64,000 nucleotides of DNA from Raillietiella orientalis. Its lineage: Eukaryota. How positions within the stretch are numbered: the first letter of the stretch is position 1; each line of letters starts with the position of its first letter. The position numbers were made by a program, and so were the translations under genes. The notes beneath the pieces are model-generated. The model ran no database searches and was not told where the DNA came from. It saw nothing but the letters and a program-made list of their open reading frames with translations. The stretch lies in contig JAYWIR010000019.1 in NCBI GenBank assembly GCA_036172245.1, forward strand, positions 1,302,001 through 1,366,000. Direction: 5' to 3'. Shown here piece by piece: positions 27,550-39,549 of the stretch.

Positions 27550-28880
27550 ACTGTTTCCTGGAGGGAATGCTCCACCACTACCCTCATCCAAAACGGATAA
27601 AATCAGCAGCTTGAGGCCAGCATCTCTAGGAGGCCGCGCTCACAGGTTGCACGCAAAGCTCCTGTTGCATCACGAGCGGGAGATGGCGCCTCTTCCAGTG
27701 AGCAGGAGTTCTGGACTAGAACTTTGCGCTGCGGATCACTCTGGACAGAGATGGGCGGCCAACCAGGAATCTCTCTGCATTGCTTTCGGCACAGCCCGCA
27801 CCAGCTGATCCGAGAGAACTTGATGGGATTCCATCAACATACGCCTGCCTGCAGTGAGGAATCAACGCTCGCAATTCGATGGAGGAGATCGTCCGCAACC
27901 CGCAGAAGATGCGGGGAGCATCGTCTAACCCTCCCCCCCTGTCCCAGTGCTGCCCTCCTTAAAGGACGCAGGAAACAGCGTAATCCCGGCAAGGTGCTTG
28001 ACTTGTTTCATAGTAGCAAAGGGGAAACTTCTGGAGGCGCGGACAAATCGGGAAGTGACGAGCGCTGCAACCCCTAGTGTCCCACCCAACGGACTTGTAC
28101 GCTGCAAACAGCTGCTCGATATCCCTCCGGAGGATGTAAAGTGGCCTTCAACGTGCTGGAGCAGCGGCGCTCTCCCTCTCAAGTGGCGGGAGTTGCCGCT
28201 GCTGGCCTTGCACGGGGGAATTCCGTGCAAAGCGCACCTTCACCACTAGACATGGAGGGGAGTGTGAACTCTCGGTCTGCGCCAGGTGCGGGAAGTAGGA
28301 GACTTTCCCGCACCTGCTGTTGGACTGTGCTGCCCTCCGACCCCTTTGGGATCGCCTCGCGACGATCCTGGGATTCCCGGCGGGCGGCCCTGGGGCCACC
28401 CGCCGAGAATTCAAACGCCTCTTCGCTCGTGCCGCACCGCTGTCAGCCGCATCCCTTGCAGTTCCCTCCTTCTGTTTCATCGGGATCACGGCTGCCTGGA
28501 ACGTCAGAAGAAAAGGTTAGAATGTCAGGGACACCATTCACTGGGTTTACGCCCAGCGAATCTTCCTGGAGACCGCCTCGAGATGGCTCCATCCGGACGC
28601 TATACTGACAGAACTTGCCAGCATCCTGAACAGGATGCAGAGGACGCTTGGCAGCGTACTGTGATCTCTTCCTCGGTCCCCTACCTTCCTGTGTAGAATT
28701 CTCTTTCCCCTGTTTTGTTTGTTTGTTTTTGCTTTTCCTTCCATCACGCTGCCGACGCGGACCTCGCTGGTCTGCTCACTTCTCTTGGGCGGGCCCAATG
28801 CACGTGGTAGAACGCACGGTTCTACCACGCCAATGTATTCTTACTACTATGTGTAATAAACGCCCTAGCATAACTAGGTG
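27550..28880 (+). mobile_element. 5'-truncated L1/Tx1 3' end (zinc finger and structured 3' UTR)
   Basis: SAATPS..LPLKWRELPLLALH and CARCGK*ETFPHLLLDCAALRPLW; the UTR ends AATAAACGCCCTAG. Confidence 0.85.
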
Positions 28881-29619
28881 ATAATCAATATATTAGGGGA
28901 CACCTACGACTCCTGCAAGGTGGACGTTCTCTGCACAAGTACGGTGGGGTTTCGTCGTGGAAGGAAGCACGCATACCCTCCGTACTCTCTGAGATCGCTC
29001 TTTTTGGGAGAGGAAGCATCGGTCAAATGCAGCTCGTTCCTTGAGAGCAGATGACTTTGCTTTCATCAATGGACTAACACGGGGACCTACGAGGAAAGCT
29101 GCATAAAAGGGTCAGGAAATTCGCGAACCCACGGGAGTGGGTCACCCTCCCTCTGCCTTCCCATTCTGGAACGACCACGCCTTTTTATGGAGAAGCCTTC
29201 CGTTCGCCAACCGTTGCACTCGAAGCACTGCGTGCGTTCGGATGCTCCCGCAAGTCGTTCGAGGTCGCTCTGCCTGCGAGTCGATGCTGCCCTGAGAGCA
29301 GCCTGGAAGCAGCTGGTGCTTCACAATGATTCCAACAATTTGTCATTTTATTTTCGCAACCCTCTATATTATAGATATGTGATAAATAATCCAAACAATC
29401 AGGATATTATATTGCTCAAAGCGCATTCTTCCAAAAGGCTTCCAAGATGTAATTACGATTATTACACCGAATGTGGGGTACTTAATGAAAATATTCCCTT
29501 TGCTAATGATTGACTGCTGAAAATTGGAATCAAAAAGTAGACTTCAGACTGTGGACTGTCTAGCTAGAGGAAACTGGAGATTCACTAAAGACCTTTGAAC
29601 TGGCAGGGACGCCATCCAC

Positions 29620-29740
29620 TGGGCTTGAATCTTCCTGAAGACCGCCTTGATATGATCCTACCTAGGCGCTACAGGGACTCGAACTTGCCAACATCCGGCA
29701 CAGGATGCAGAGGACGCCAAGCAGGGTCGTCTGTTCATGT
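29620..29740 (+). mobile_element. Short L1 ORF2 3'-end fragment inside the hAT relic
   Basis: gaatcttcctg.agaccgcct...gaacttgcca.catcc...acaggatgcagaggacgc aligns with 28557-28650. Confidence 0.7.
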
Positions 29741-30431
29741 CATCCTTCCTGACTGAGGCATTTGTATACGGAGATGCTGGAGGACAGGCACTGCCTGGAC
29801 CTCCCAGCGAGTGCCTCCAGGCCAGTATTTTTAGAGGAAGATGTGGCAAGGGGCGTGCGGTACGAAACAAGCGCTAATGTCCGAGCCGCTCGCACTCCCC
29901 GACACGAACTTGCCTGCTCCGCTCTACCACATGTGGCCAAGAAGAAAATCGCAGTGCTGCCTTCCGAAGAAGAAGCAGGAGACTGCATCCCTGGGATAAA
30001 CAATGGTAAAGGTTTAAAGCCCGGAGGCCGGAAGGTGTGTACAGGTGCTCCGGAAGATGGAGGCTCGGTCGAATGAAGGCTTACTGGTCTTTACGGACGA
30101 AGAACCCCGATTGGCAGCTGGGGATGCCACTTTTAACGGGAACGCCACGGAGAAGATACGCATGCGCAGTCTGCTTGCGATCCGACTGCAAGGCGGCGTG
30201 GCAAACCCCCGTGTAGAGGTACTCCTCCTCTTCGTAGTACACCGCGCGCCACTTCACTTTCTAGTTACTACGGAATCGGCTGAGATACTCGGATTTTCCA
30301 TTTGTGCATGCGCGTCTTCCTCTTAGCGCGCTAGAAGACCTCTGGCAGTGGTTGTGGACGGGCGGTCCGATCAAACTTGTTGGCCTCAAAAGGATAGGCC
30401 AGAATGCAAGGTGAAGATTGCACATGCCACC

Positions 30432-30467
30432 GATGTGTGACACGGGACTGGTCCCGTGTCACACATC
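30432..30467. repeat. Perfect 17-bp inverted repeat with a 2-nt spacer
   Basis: gatgtgtgacacgggac TG gtcccgtgtcacacatc. Confidence 0.97.
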
Positions 30468-30799
30468 TGCACGAACTCGTATCCTGCTCAACCACTATCG
30501 GCGGTCTTCTCCATGCAATACATGCCACGGGGAGACGCTACTATCAACCGCATTATCAAGCCCATCCCCGCACGAAGGAGACGGGAATTCGTACCTAGAG
30601 GGCAGAAAATGCTAGGTAGAGTCTCCTCGCAACGGTACTAAAACCTTCTGCTCCGGGAAAGAGGCGGAACCATGGTTCCGGACGTTGGACATCACTCTGA
30701 GAACATCTCGGCAGCCTTCGAACTCGTTCGGAGGAGCAAGGAGAATGAATATATCGTGACCATCGCCTCCGAATGCCCTTCAAGGGGATCAGAAAGTGA

Positions 30800-33150
30800 A
30801 CGCACGCAATCCCTGCGGGTTCACTAGGATCACGAGGCGCAGCCAACGATCAAACAACTGAGCAGCATCCTCAATTCGTTCTCTCGGAGGGAACCTGCAA
30901 GGGAACCGCTCTTCGATTCGGTTTCCTGGGAGGATCCGGAAGGGTCGACTCCCACGCTCCCGGGGGTCACTCGTAGGGGACCTCCGGTTTTCCAGCTGCC
31001 AATGCCTTACCCGAATGTAGGCCAACCAGCGTCATCTTGCAGGAGGAACTTGAATCCCTCGACCCCGCATCAACCTCACGAGAAGGCGTACTTCAGCATC
31101 AGATGCACCGCAAACATCTACTTCACCCTTTTTATGTGTTCTCTAACTTTCGAGATTTCTTCCTTCAGTTTAAATGAATGGTCTAGCAATCCGAGGCGAT
31201 ACGCTGCCCGCCGGGCCGTCCATGAATGGAGCAGCCCGCTTCGATCATACTCCTTAGTCTGTATGGCAACGCCCTTGCCAACTGTGCAGCTGCACTGAGA
31301 TGCCACGCGCGTCTGGCAAAGAGCCGCGTAGCCAGCAGCCTTTTTCGCGCCGGCATTTTGCAAAAGGCATCGGCCTTGTTCCATCTGAGCATCAACACAC
31401 GCACTTCGCCGTGCGGAGCAAGGAGGTTCCTCCTCAAACCACCAGACCGCATCCACGTGCACGAATGCGCCGCGTGTTGACGTGCATCCGCGATGTTTTC
31501 GTACATGCCTGCGCTCCCATGATACCGCGAGTCTCCAGCACCCTCACCAGGGACGCGACGCTCGAGTCGAAGCCCTCATGCTAGGCTTTCCGAGGTAACT
31601 CATGAGCACATGGGGTGGCGGCCTAGTCCAAGGACCTCAGCTCACATGTGCTGTATGGCAAGCAGGAATGAGACAGTCTGTCGGGACCTCAGGCGTAGGA
31701 AGCTGAAAGCGAAAGTTTCACGGAAGAAAATGGGAAGTTTAGAGGGAAGACAAACGAGAGAAACAGAAGGTTGCTCCTGATGCTATCGTAGTGTTCCAAT
31801 GGCCAGGGGTCTTGAAGAATTTTTCTTCCTGCAGGAACCGCGTGTTTTGTTTCAGTGAGCCCGCGTTGTGTGCTCACCGCGGATTCTGAATGGCGAAGTT
31901 GGCGGGAACCTTTGACCTTTTCTTCAGGATCCTACCTCTTCTTCCAGCTTTGCGGATCCATGTTTGCGGATGTCGTCTGACACGCTTGATCTCAGATCCG
32001 AGAAAGTGTTGGCTGAGTGGGAAGCTGTGTTTCCATGAGGACGTTTCTCCATCTCAGGTGTCTGCAGATACGGTGATCGGCAGCCTACGCATCCAGCACG
32101 CGTCAGAAGGCGTTCCCCCTCGAAGCTGAAGAGGAAGAAGGTTCAAAGAAGTTGGTTCCACCCAGTCCACTTCCTGAGTGCGCACGTGCTCGCCTTCTCT
32201 CCCAAGCTCTCCGGACGTGCAGCGCGGAATATGTCAAGGAGCTTTCCTGTTTCTTTTTCCCTGAGCGTCAAATTCTCTCCCGCTTCTGCCTTGAGCAGCA
32301 TTCTCCGGAGGTTCCTCGCAGCGCATCGCGTCTTGCACTTCTTTCGCTTCGAAGAGCGAATGCTCCAGCCTCTGACGAGGACTCTGAAGTTCCGGATTTG
32401 CATCGCTTCATAGAGGACGATGAAAATAGCTGCGGAGCATCGTCCGCTTCATCGTCCTCGGTGTGGTTGGGCTGCTTGTGCTCATCGGATTCGAAGGCAG
32501 CTGCTCTTCGACCGTCCGTCTTCCGAACGAAGGACCGCCCGGTTCCTTCCACCAATTGTGATTCCGCAATGGCGTGGATCTCGACTTTCGTGTGCCGACT
32601 GGAGCAAGAAATCGGAAACGGAGAAGAACACGAGAGGCGCAGCAAGAAAATCTGGAAAGAGTACAGTGTGCCTGCATTCGTTCTTGGCCACTGTCTAAGA
32701 AGGAACCGTAGCTGCTTTGTCGTCAGTTAATCACTCTTCTTACCTGCCTGCCTCTTCCTCACCTTCTCTTCTCCTCGTTCCCATGTTTTCCGCATGAGTG
32801 AAAAAAAAAAAAAAATGTGGGTGCGACCTCCTGTTTCCCCGGGGACTTCAAGATCTGCTGAGCCATGATCAAAGACCGTTAGTGAGGAGTCTTTCTCCAC
32901 GTCAGATCTCGCTAGGGCAGTCCCTGTAACCAATAAGACCTGCACCTATGGAGGCGCACCGTCCGCGGCCTTCCTTACTCGCCGGTAGCTGGGAAAACTC
33001 TGCATTCTGCTTCGACGGAATGCCAGAAGGCAGCTCTGTCCCGGCGGCTGGGTGCACGCTCGAGGTTTGAGCGCCAGTCCATCTTCAGAGCTCGTTGCCC
33101 AGAGAGGAACTCTTCTGCAGGATTTATTGCTGCTTCCCGGAGGTGCCACT
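30800..33150 (-). mobile_element. Decayed L1 ORF2 (EN to RT)
   Basis: ASRVLLRF and PLRNH (EN), RRRARAH..GTNFF (linker), then HEGF, GAFVHVDAVW (KAFD.V.W), RREKGCWL (RQGCPL) and LAYIRV (YLG). Confidence 0.55.
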
Positions 33151-33749
33151 TCCTTCTCGTGTCACCGGCTTCCAGCTGTCCAATCTTTCAACCATCCCTC
33201 CTAAGAGCAGATCAGAGGCGACCTGTCCCGAGGTGCTGTCTCCATGACAGCACAGACTGCACCAATCATCTGTGGCAAGGAAGGGCGATCTGCAACCACG
33301 ACGGCGGTAAATCCCATTTTAAATAAATAAATAAAACTTTTCATCACTACATAAAAATAACTTATCAATCCACACACCTTAAAGGTAAAACTTGGAATCT
33401 CTACCTCGTTCGGCATACCGTGAAATCTTCAACGCTCCTCTTTCTCCTTCTCGAAGTCAGCTGAGGTAGAAGACGTTTGTCGACACCGCATCAGGCAAGT
33501 GAAGAGGCGATTCGCTATTCCTCACAGGGCATCGTCACCGACAACACCCTCCTTCTTTTTTCTCTTTCCTGATTCTTCACTCCTCTTTTATGGTTCGGCT
33601 TCCACGGTCTTCATGCTACGAAGAAAAGGATGCTGTTTAGAGAAAGCCTTTACATGTGAGATCGGAAAGATTTGCGAAGGTATCAGTTCTCGTTCTCAGA
33701 GGTTTCTCTGCCGACGGGACCCACCCACGAATGCTTCTCGCACCCACTC

Positions 33750-35560
33750 GCAAAGACACACAAGGAAAGGACAGAAAAGGGAGGAGGTCATCTCAACGAG
33801 GAAGGCAGCTGCCAGCAGACACTCTAACTGCTGGAGTTCATCGAGAGGAATCGAAAAATTCTCTACAGATAAAAAAGAAATTTCCGGGACTACCAGAGTC
33901 TGCAATGAAAGATGCACTCGAAGTAAAGCAACCCGGATAACAACGAAGCAAAATGGTCCCCTCTTTCATTCCAAATCATTTCATCACAGCATTCCATGTA
34001 CCGATCTTAGAATGCTGATGGTTTGCATTCCCATGGGATCTCCATCAGGGGCACACAATCAGTCCATTCATCTCGATTCATCCTGGCCGCTTCTGCAGGA
34101 CCGCGAACTATCAGCGGCGCTTCTCCTCATCTTTCCAGTCATTGGCCCTTCCCAGACCTTCATCAGATTCACTTTCATCTGGACTCACTTTTTTATTTTT
34201 CCACTTCCACATTCGGATGCCCCGGATTGCATACCAATAAACACAAAAGCTCGGAAAATGGTTGTATTCCCCTGGGGCATCCAAAAAACAGAAAACGGTT
34301 CCAGATGCTTTTCGAACTTCTGACCACTCGGGATGCGAAATCGTAAAATCCAATCACAGAGGACGCTGCGTTCGATGGCGGGAGAGTGGCCACGCGCACC
34401 ATCGCCGCCCGCAAGATTTCACGCGCGTGGACGTCGGCAGAAAGCTCAGCGGTCCCACCGGAAGCATCTCGGCACTCGGCTCGCAGGAGTTTCCGCAGGC
34501 TGCAGTCACGCGCGCGCTCGAAATGGAAAGCGCCCGAGGTCACGTTCGCAAACTCCCCACTCGGCGCGCGCAAAACCATCTCCGACCCACTCGACGCACG
34601 CGAGGCAGGGCGGACGGCCTTGTCGCCGACCACGCGCCCACCACCGTCAGCAGGTGCTCACGGACGGCGCCCATCGCCTGCGCACACCAGGCAAGAAGAC
34701 CTTCAACAGCAGGCAGTCAGCCACCACCGCACGAGGATGACGCAGACGCGTGGAGAACCGAAGATCTCGATCGAGAGGGTTGCCCCGGGAGCTGGCAGTC
34801 TCCAGCCCGGACTCTTCCGGCAGATGAGGCCCCTACACCGACCGAACAGGCGTAGCGCTCCAGGGTGGAGGAAAGGTTGCCATCCCGGGCGTCCCTTGCC
34901 CTTGCGTGCCGTCCAGCAAACGACCACGTGTTGAGGAAACGAAAAATTCCCCAGGGGATAGGCGGAGCTCGCACACACGTGGATGAAACACGCAGTGTTC
35001 GCGGGGACGCGCAACGGCAGACGTCAGACCGAGTCGCTCCCTCTGCAACGGAGGGCTTCCAAGAATCACGAGATGGAGCTGAAGAGAAGAAAGGCGCGAA
35101 GAAAGAGACGGTGGAACCCCCCCTCGTCTGTCTGTCTTTCTGCACCTCCTCTTCAGGAGCAACACGACTGAGGAGACTTCAGGTGAGGTGAAGGCGGTAT
35201 GGACGACCGAACGGGATGCCTCAGACAACCACTTTCCTAACGCACCATTCTCTCCCTCCTTTCTGGATCCCTTCTCTAGCTTCTTTTCAGTTCTGTGCTC
35301 TCATCCTGTCCTGGATCCTTGGGAATTTGTAACTTGCATCTAGGGCTTCCACCTTCTCTTTCCGACTTGTTTGCAGAGCTCAGAGTTCTTTGCAGGGTGT
35401 GATTTTCAGCGAGTGTACCCTCCTTGTCTTGGGGGTAGCCAGCGTCCATGGAGTGTTTCACGAGGATGTTGTTGCTAACACCCATACATATTAGCACCAC
35501 ATATACTCATCCTATGATGTAGGTGTCATTTTCGGAAGATTCCATTAGGCAAGCCCTTCT
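33750..35560 (-). mobile_element. Decayed hAT transposase containing shared-core copy 2
   Basis: NILVKHSMDAG upstream of the core. In the core: intron 35079-35145, PGATLS and SLRKLLRAECRD. Downstream: IWNRF..QPF..LLVCNP and LVVPEISFLSVENFS (dimerization-like, ~33890). Confidence 0.6.
34311..35218. repeat. Dispersed direct repeat, copy 2 of 3
   Basis: Near-identical to 43413-44346 and, from 34613, to 13142 onward. It has a short deletion near 35204. Confidence 0.97.
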
Positions 35561-35649
35561 CACAAGGACCTACGTGGACAGTTGCTGACAGCAGGTATTC
35601 CCGAAGCGCTTCAAGAGGAACTTGGCGATCTTCACTTCCAACTTCCTTC

Positions 35650-38600
35650 GTTCAGAGGCGTGACGTAACCTCCCCACCCCACCCCTTTCTGCTTGGAAAT
35701 CTTCCAGCCGAGACCCTTGGTTCGTGAAACCTCCACGGCGGCACTGGTGGTCGTATCGGTTCTTTCGCGCTAGGAACCTGCCGGGCTGGGTGTCGGCTTC
35801 TCTTTGGCCATCAGCAGGCAGAGTCGGATCGCGCTGGGAGGCGGGATCTCTCAGCCGCCAACTAGGACCGGATGCTGCGACTGTCTCGTTCCACGCAGCC
35901 ATGCTGGTCTCAGTGGCTGCGTGTAGGCCAAGAGCTCAGCCGCCGTACTGAAGATGGACCTCGCCCGAGTTCCGTTGGAAGGGCATCTCCAGAATCCCGA
36001 CCGCACGCAGGCGAAGCACGGGAAAGCGGAGGATTCGTAAGCGGGGCGGCCCACGTCGTGGACGAGTGCGCCTTGGAGGAGCGCCTGCCTTTTCGGGGGG
36101 ACACAGACCGCGCTTGCGCGCTGACGAAAAGAAAACCCGCGCGGATACTATGCGCTGGAGGCGGTCCCCCTTGCAGTTGCGCGTGCGGCTGGGAGGTGGC
36201 TGTAGGAGGCCGGTTGCCATGCACACCGTCGTGCTAGAGAGGAAGGCGGGAGCGGGCGCTCCATCGCGGACAGGAGACGCACTCTCGGGTCATCCCCATT
36301 GAGGGAAGCCAGACGACCCCTGGGAAGCTGCCCGCTGAGCGCCCTGTTGCCTCAAATGCGAAGAGCGACTCGCAGCGCCCCAGGGCCAAGGATGGCGCCG
36401 AGGAGTCCCGAAGACACCAGGTGGAACGCTTTAAGGCAGCAGCAGTCATGAAGCGGCTTCAGGTCGCTGCCCGCGAGGGTCGCGTTTGGTAGCACCTGCC
36501 TCTACCTCAGGGAGCCTTCGAAGGACCTCTCGGGACTCCTTCCGTGCCTTTGCACCCAGCCTCTTCAGTCAGGAGAGGAGAGGCTGAGGAATGCTCAAAG
36601 GGAGGCCCGCGCACGTGCCAGGTTCCCGGAGGGACACCTGCAGGGAATGGGGAACCGCGATTGCTCCCTCCTTCCCGGAGCATCGTCCGGAAAAGGAGGC
36701 GTCCCCCTGTTTCCCAGGAGTTCTCCCTACCAGGAGCAGGCTAGCCAGTCGGCTGATGACGTCATCCTCTTTTTTCTTTTTTCCTTCCGTCGAGCTTTGC
36801 AGAACCCCCGTTCTCTTTTCTCCGCCAGCTAAATGACCGCGTAGAGGGAAAGTTCGCTGTTCTTCCTTTTCGCCAGAAGCTCCGATTTGGCACAGGGGAT
36901 GCTGGAAGCCCCAGGTGCACGACTGCAGATGCTTGAGGACTCTTCCGACCGTCACATGACTTCCGCTCCCAAGGCACGAGGAAGGAGGGGTAGCCGGCCG
37001 GATCGAGAGGCATCTCAAGGGAAGAGATTAGGAATGAAGTCCATCCCCAGCCTCTGGAGCTCCTCCTGACTGGATTTCGCAGGCGACTGGCGGGAGGTGA
37101 GGGGGCAGTGGCCGCGTCCTTTCCCGAGAGGTTGCGCGGGTGCACCGGCAAATCACCGGAGAGGAATGGAAGGCTCCCTCGCTCTCCATGACAACTGCAG
37201 ATGAGCGGAAAGGATCCTGCCGGTCGGCAAGAAGGCGCAGGCGCTGGCTCATGCGCCGGCAAGTCTGGGAGACTCGGATCATATGGCGTGAAGCTCGGCT
37301 CCTCAGGCACCCTTTGTTTCCCTAATGGGGTCACACCAATGTCACTTCCCAAGGAGCGAGTACCCGAAGGGCACGTGCGTGGGGGGCATCTCCGGCTGCG
37401 CTACAAGCGCTCAGCCGGAGCAACAGGCGGGAGAAAGAGGGTGTTGCCTGGGCAACCTCCCTCGGGAAACGGTCCCGGGCGGCTGGTTGGCTGCTCAAAG
37501 GCCGGGCAGGAGGCGCAGCTTCCGCGTCATCGCTCACGACCGTGCCGTTGGGGAGGGGCGGCGGCGTGCAGACCCCTTGAGCCACAGGCCGGGTGGCGAA
37601 GCGGTCCGGGAAGGTGCGACGGCACCCTCACGGATCGATAGAGGCCGGAAGGGGAAGCAGGAGGCGAGGGGAGGGGGAGAGAGGGAGCTCTGCAGCGGGA
37701 TGCGGGGGAAAGAAGTGGCGAGGCGTCGCGGACGGAGCTGGCGAGGGTGAGTGGCATGGCGCATGTAGGCGGCTCGCGGGAGTCTTCGCCGAACGACTGG
37801 GGTGCTGGTGGAGGCGCAATTCGTGCGCGGTGCGCGGGGGGGTCCAGGAACTCCTGGAGTATGCGCACGAGCGCCTCAGACGTAGAATGGACCGGCGTTG
37901 TCACCGTGGCGACCACTGCACCCGCCAGCCGTGCAACTCTTTCCCTGCAGGCGAGCGCAGGAGACTGATGCACCTACAGAGCTGCCGCGCTCTCCCCCCC
38001 TTGAGGCGTGGCGCCGAGCCGCGCTCTCGAGGGAAGGCGACGGGCAGGAGAGACTGGAAGGGGTTTTTTCCTGGGGGAAGCGAACCCGGCGGAGGGGCAC
38101 GAGGTCCTCCTTTAGGGAGCAGGAGCGGACGATTTCCCAAGGGGAAAGGAAAGAAGACTCGGCGGACCCTCGAAGCATTCCCTGGAAGCGAGCGGGCCGC
38201 GCTCCCCAGCGATCCCTGAGCAGCATCCCGACCCTCATTTCGCTGGGAGGAGGAGCGCTGTAGACTACCAGAAATGGAGGACATTGCTCGCCCGCTCTTC
38301 TTCGAGCGGTCTCCGACGGGCGGCCCGCATGAAAGCGCACGCATCGGGGAAAGATCACTGCCGCGTCTGAGAGCGTCGCAATTAATCCTGGCTCCAAGTC
38401 CCGGCGGAAGAGGAGAAAAAGAAGAGGGAGAGGCAAAACAGGAGGAGGAGGAAGGGAGAGGGAAGGAAGAGGAAGAGAACCAGTCTGCAGAGGTGCCTTT
38501 GAGGTTGCTCCATTTCCATCCCTGAGCCTCGCTGGCTGCTTTGCCTGGCCCTTCCTTCCGGCGCTACCAATCTCTGCCAGGAGTTGTCACCTCACTCGCC

Positions 38601-39500
38601 TTGCAGCGCACTCGTCGCCAGCTTCCTCCCTGGGGCACGAACGGATGGCCTGTGAGCGTTCCTTCCGAAGAGGTGGTGGGGTGCGACGCCCACGCCCAAG
38701 GAACGGAGGAACTGGGAGAGCGGGAAGAGAGGACAGCCTAGTAGGCGCTCTCGCAAGAGGGAGCGGAAGCTGCCGCCCCCAGAGGCATATGACGCGTGAG
38801 CGGGAAGAGCGCGCAGCAAGCTTCAGGGCTTCGCAGGAAGGCCATCAACGTGGCAGAACGGCCTTGGGAGCCGCCGTGCCGACTCGGAGAGGCCACTGCA
38901 AAATCGCGGGTTCGAAAGTCACCGGGTAAGGGGAAACGAGTAGCTCTCCGTCACCGTCTCAGATGCCCTGCGGCATGGTTAGGGGGTGCTTGCTTAGCAC
39001 CTGGTGGGTTCAGACGTTCCCAAGCAACGTGAGTCCCTGAAACCACCGCTTGCCCTACTTTCGGATTGCGAATTGGGTTCCCTGGGTCGTCTTCCATGGA
39101 GCAGTCGCGGCTGATCTTTTCCGATCCCACGCAACTCTTCCAGCCCTCTCGCTGTCGGTCAGAAGTGCCGTTCTTCATCTTTCCTCCCTTCCCCCGACTC
39201 TGCATGCCATCCGGCATGCATTCTTGCTGGTGAGAAAGCAACAGGCACCTCTATTCGGGCCGGGATGCCCTCGGTGCCCTGCAGACGGATGAAAACTCTG
39301 CCGGAGGAGCAGATGGACGTGCCATTCGCTTTAAGTGGCGCCTTGAACCGTCTTTCCAAGGGCCCGTCTTTCCTGCCTGAGGCTGCAAGGATCCCCGCGC
39401 TTCCTTTGCTTCGGCTGGTCACTGTTTGGAACCTCCCTGCGCGCACCGAATTTCCGCAAAACGCTTTCTCGATGCAGTCGATCAATAGGCCCTGTCTCAC
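35650..39500 (+). mobile_element. Decayed full-length L1 ORF2
   Basis: EN relics (SSHEA, GRVW), QITGEEWKAPSLSM / SGKDPAG, MSLPKE..LRYK, SGNGPGRLVG, SLSLAGCF..LPALPI (LS.AGR..ALP), and GCPRCP..KTLPEEQMDVPFA (zinc finger). Confidence 0.65.
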
Positions 39501-39549
39501 GGACTAGCAGGTTCTCCGTGAGGCCATCCAGAGCATGACATCAGCTTTG

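Larger units (their letters stand above)
28900..30800 (+). mobile_element. Decayed hAT transposase
   Basis: PFYGEAF, AWKQLVLHND, DIILLKAHSS, GVRYETS, LVFTDEEPRL, HRAPLHFL, and RY*NLL..VP..SENISAAFE. The nucleotide ggcagccttcgaa is shared with the minus-strand relic at ~7980-7990. Confidence 0.5.

Noticed and set aside
31183..31506. hAT RWN motif on the minus strand (MLRWNK)
   Set aside because: Other frames give colinear L1 RT motifs (GAFVHVD, REKGCWL), which explain the region better.
33499..34323. 274-aa plus-strand ORF
   Set aside because: No recognisable domain; it is antisense to the hAT C-terminal relic.
13142..35218. Direct repeats as the LTRs of one large retroelement
   Set aside because: There are three copies with staggered ends, no TG..CA termini, PBS or PPT, and the repeat encodes internal hAT sequence.
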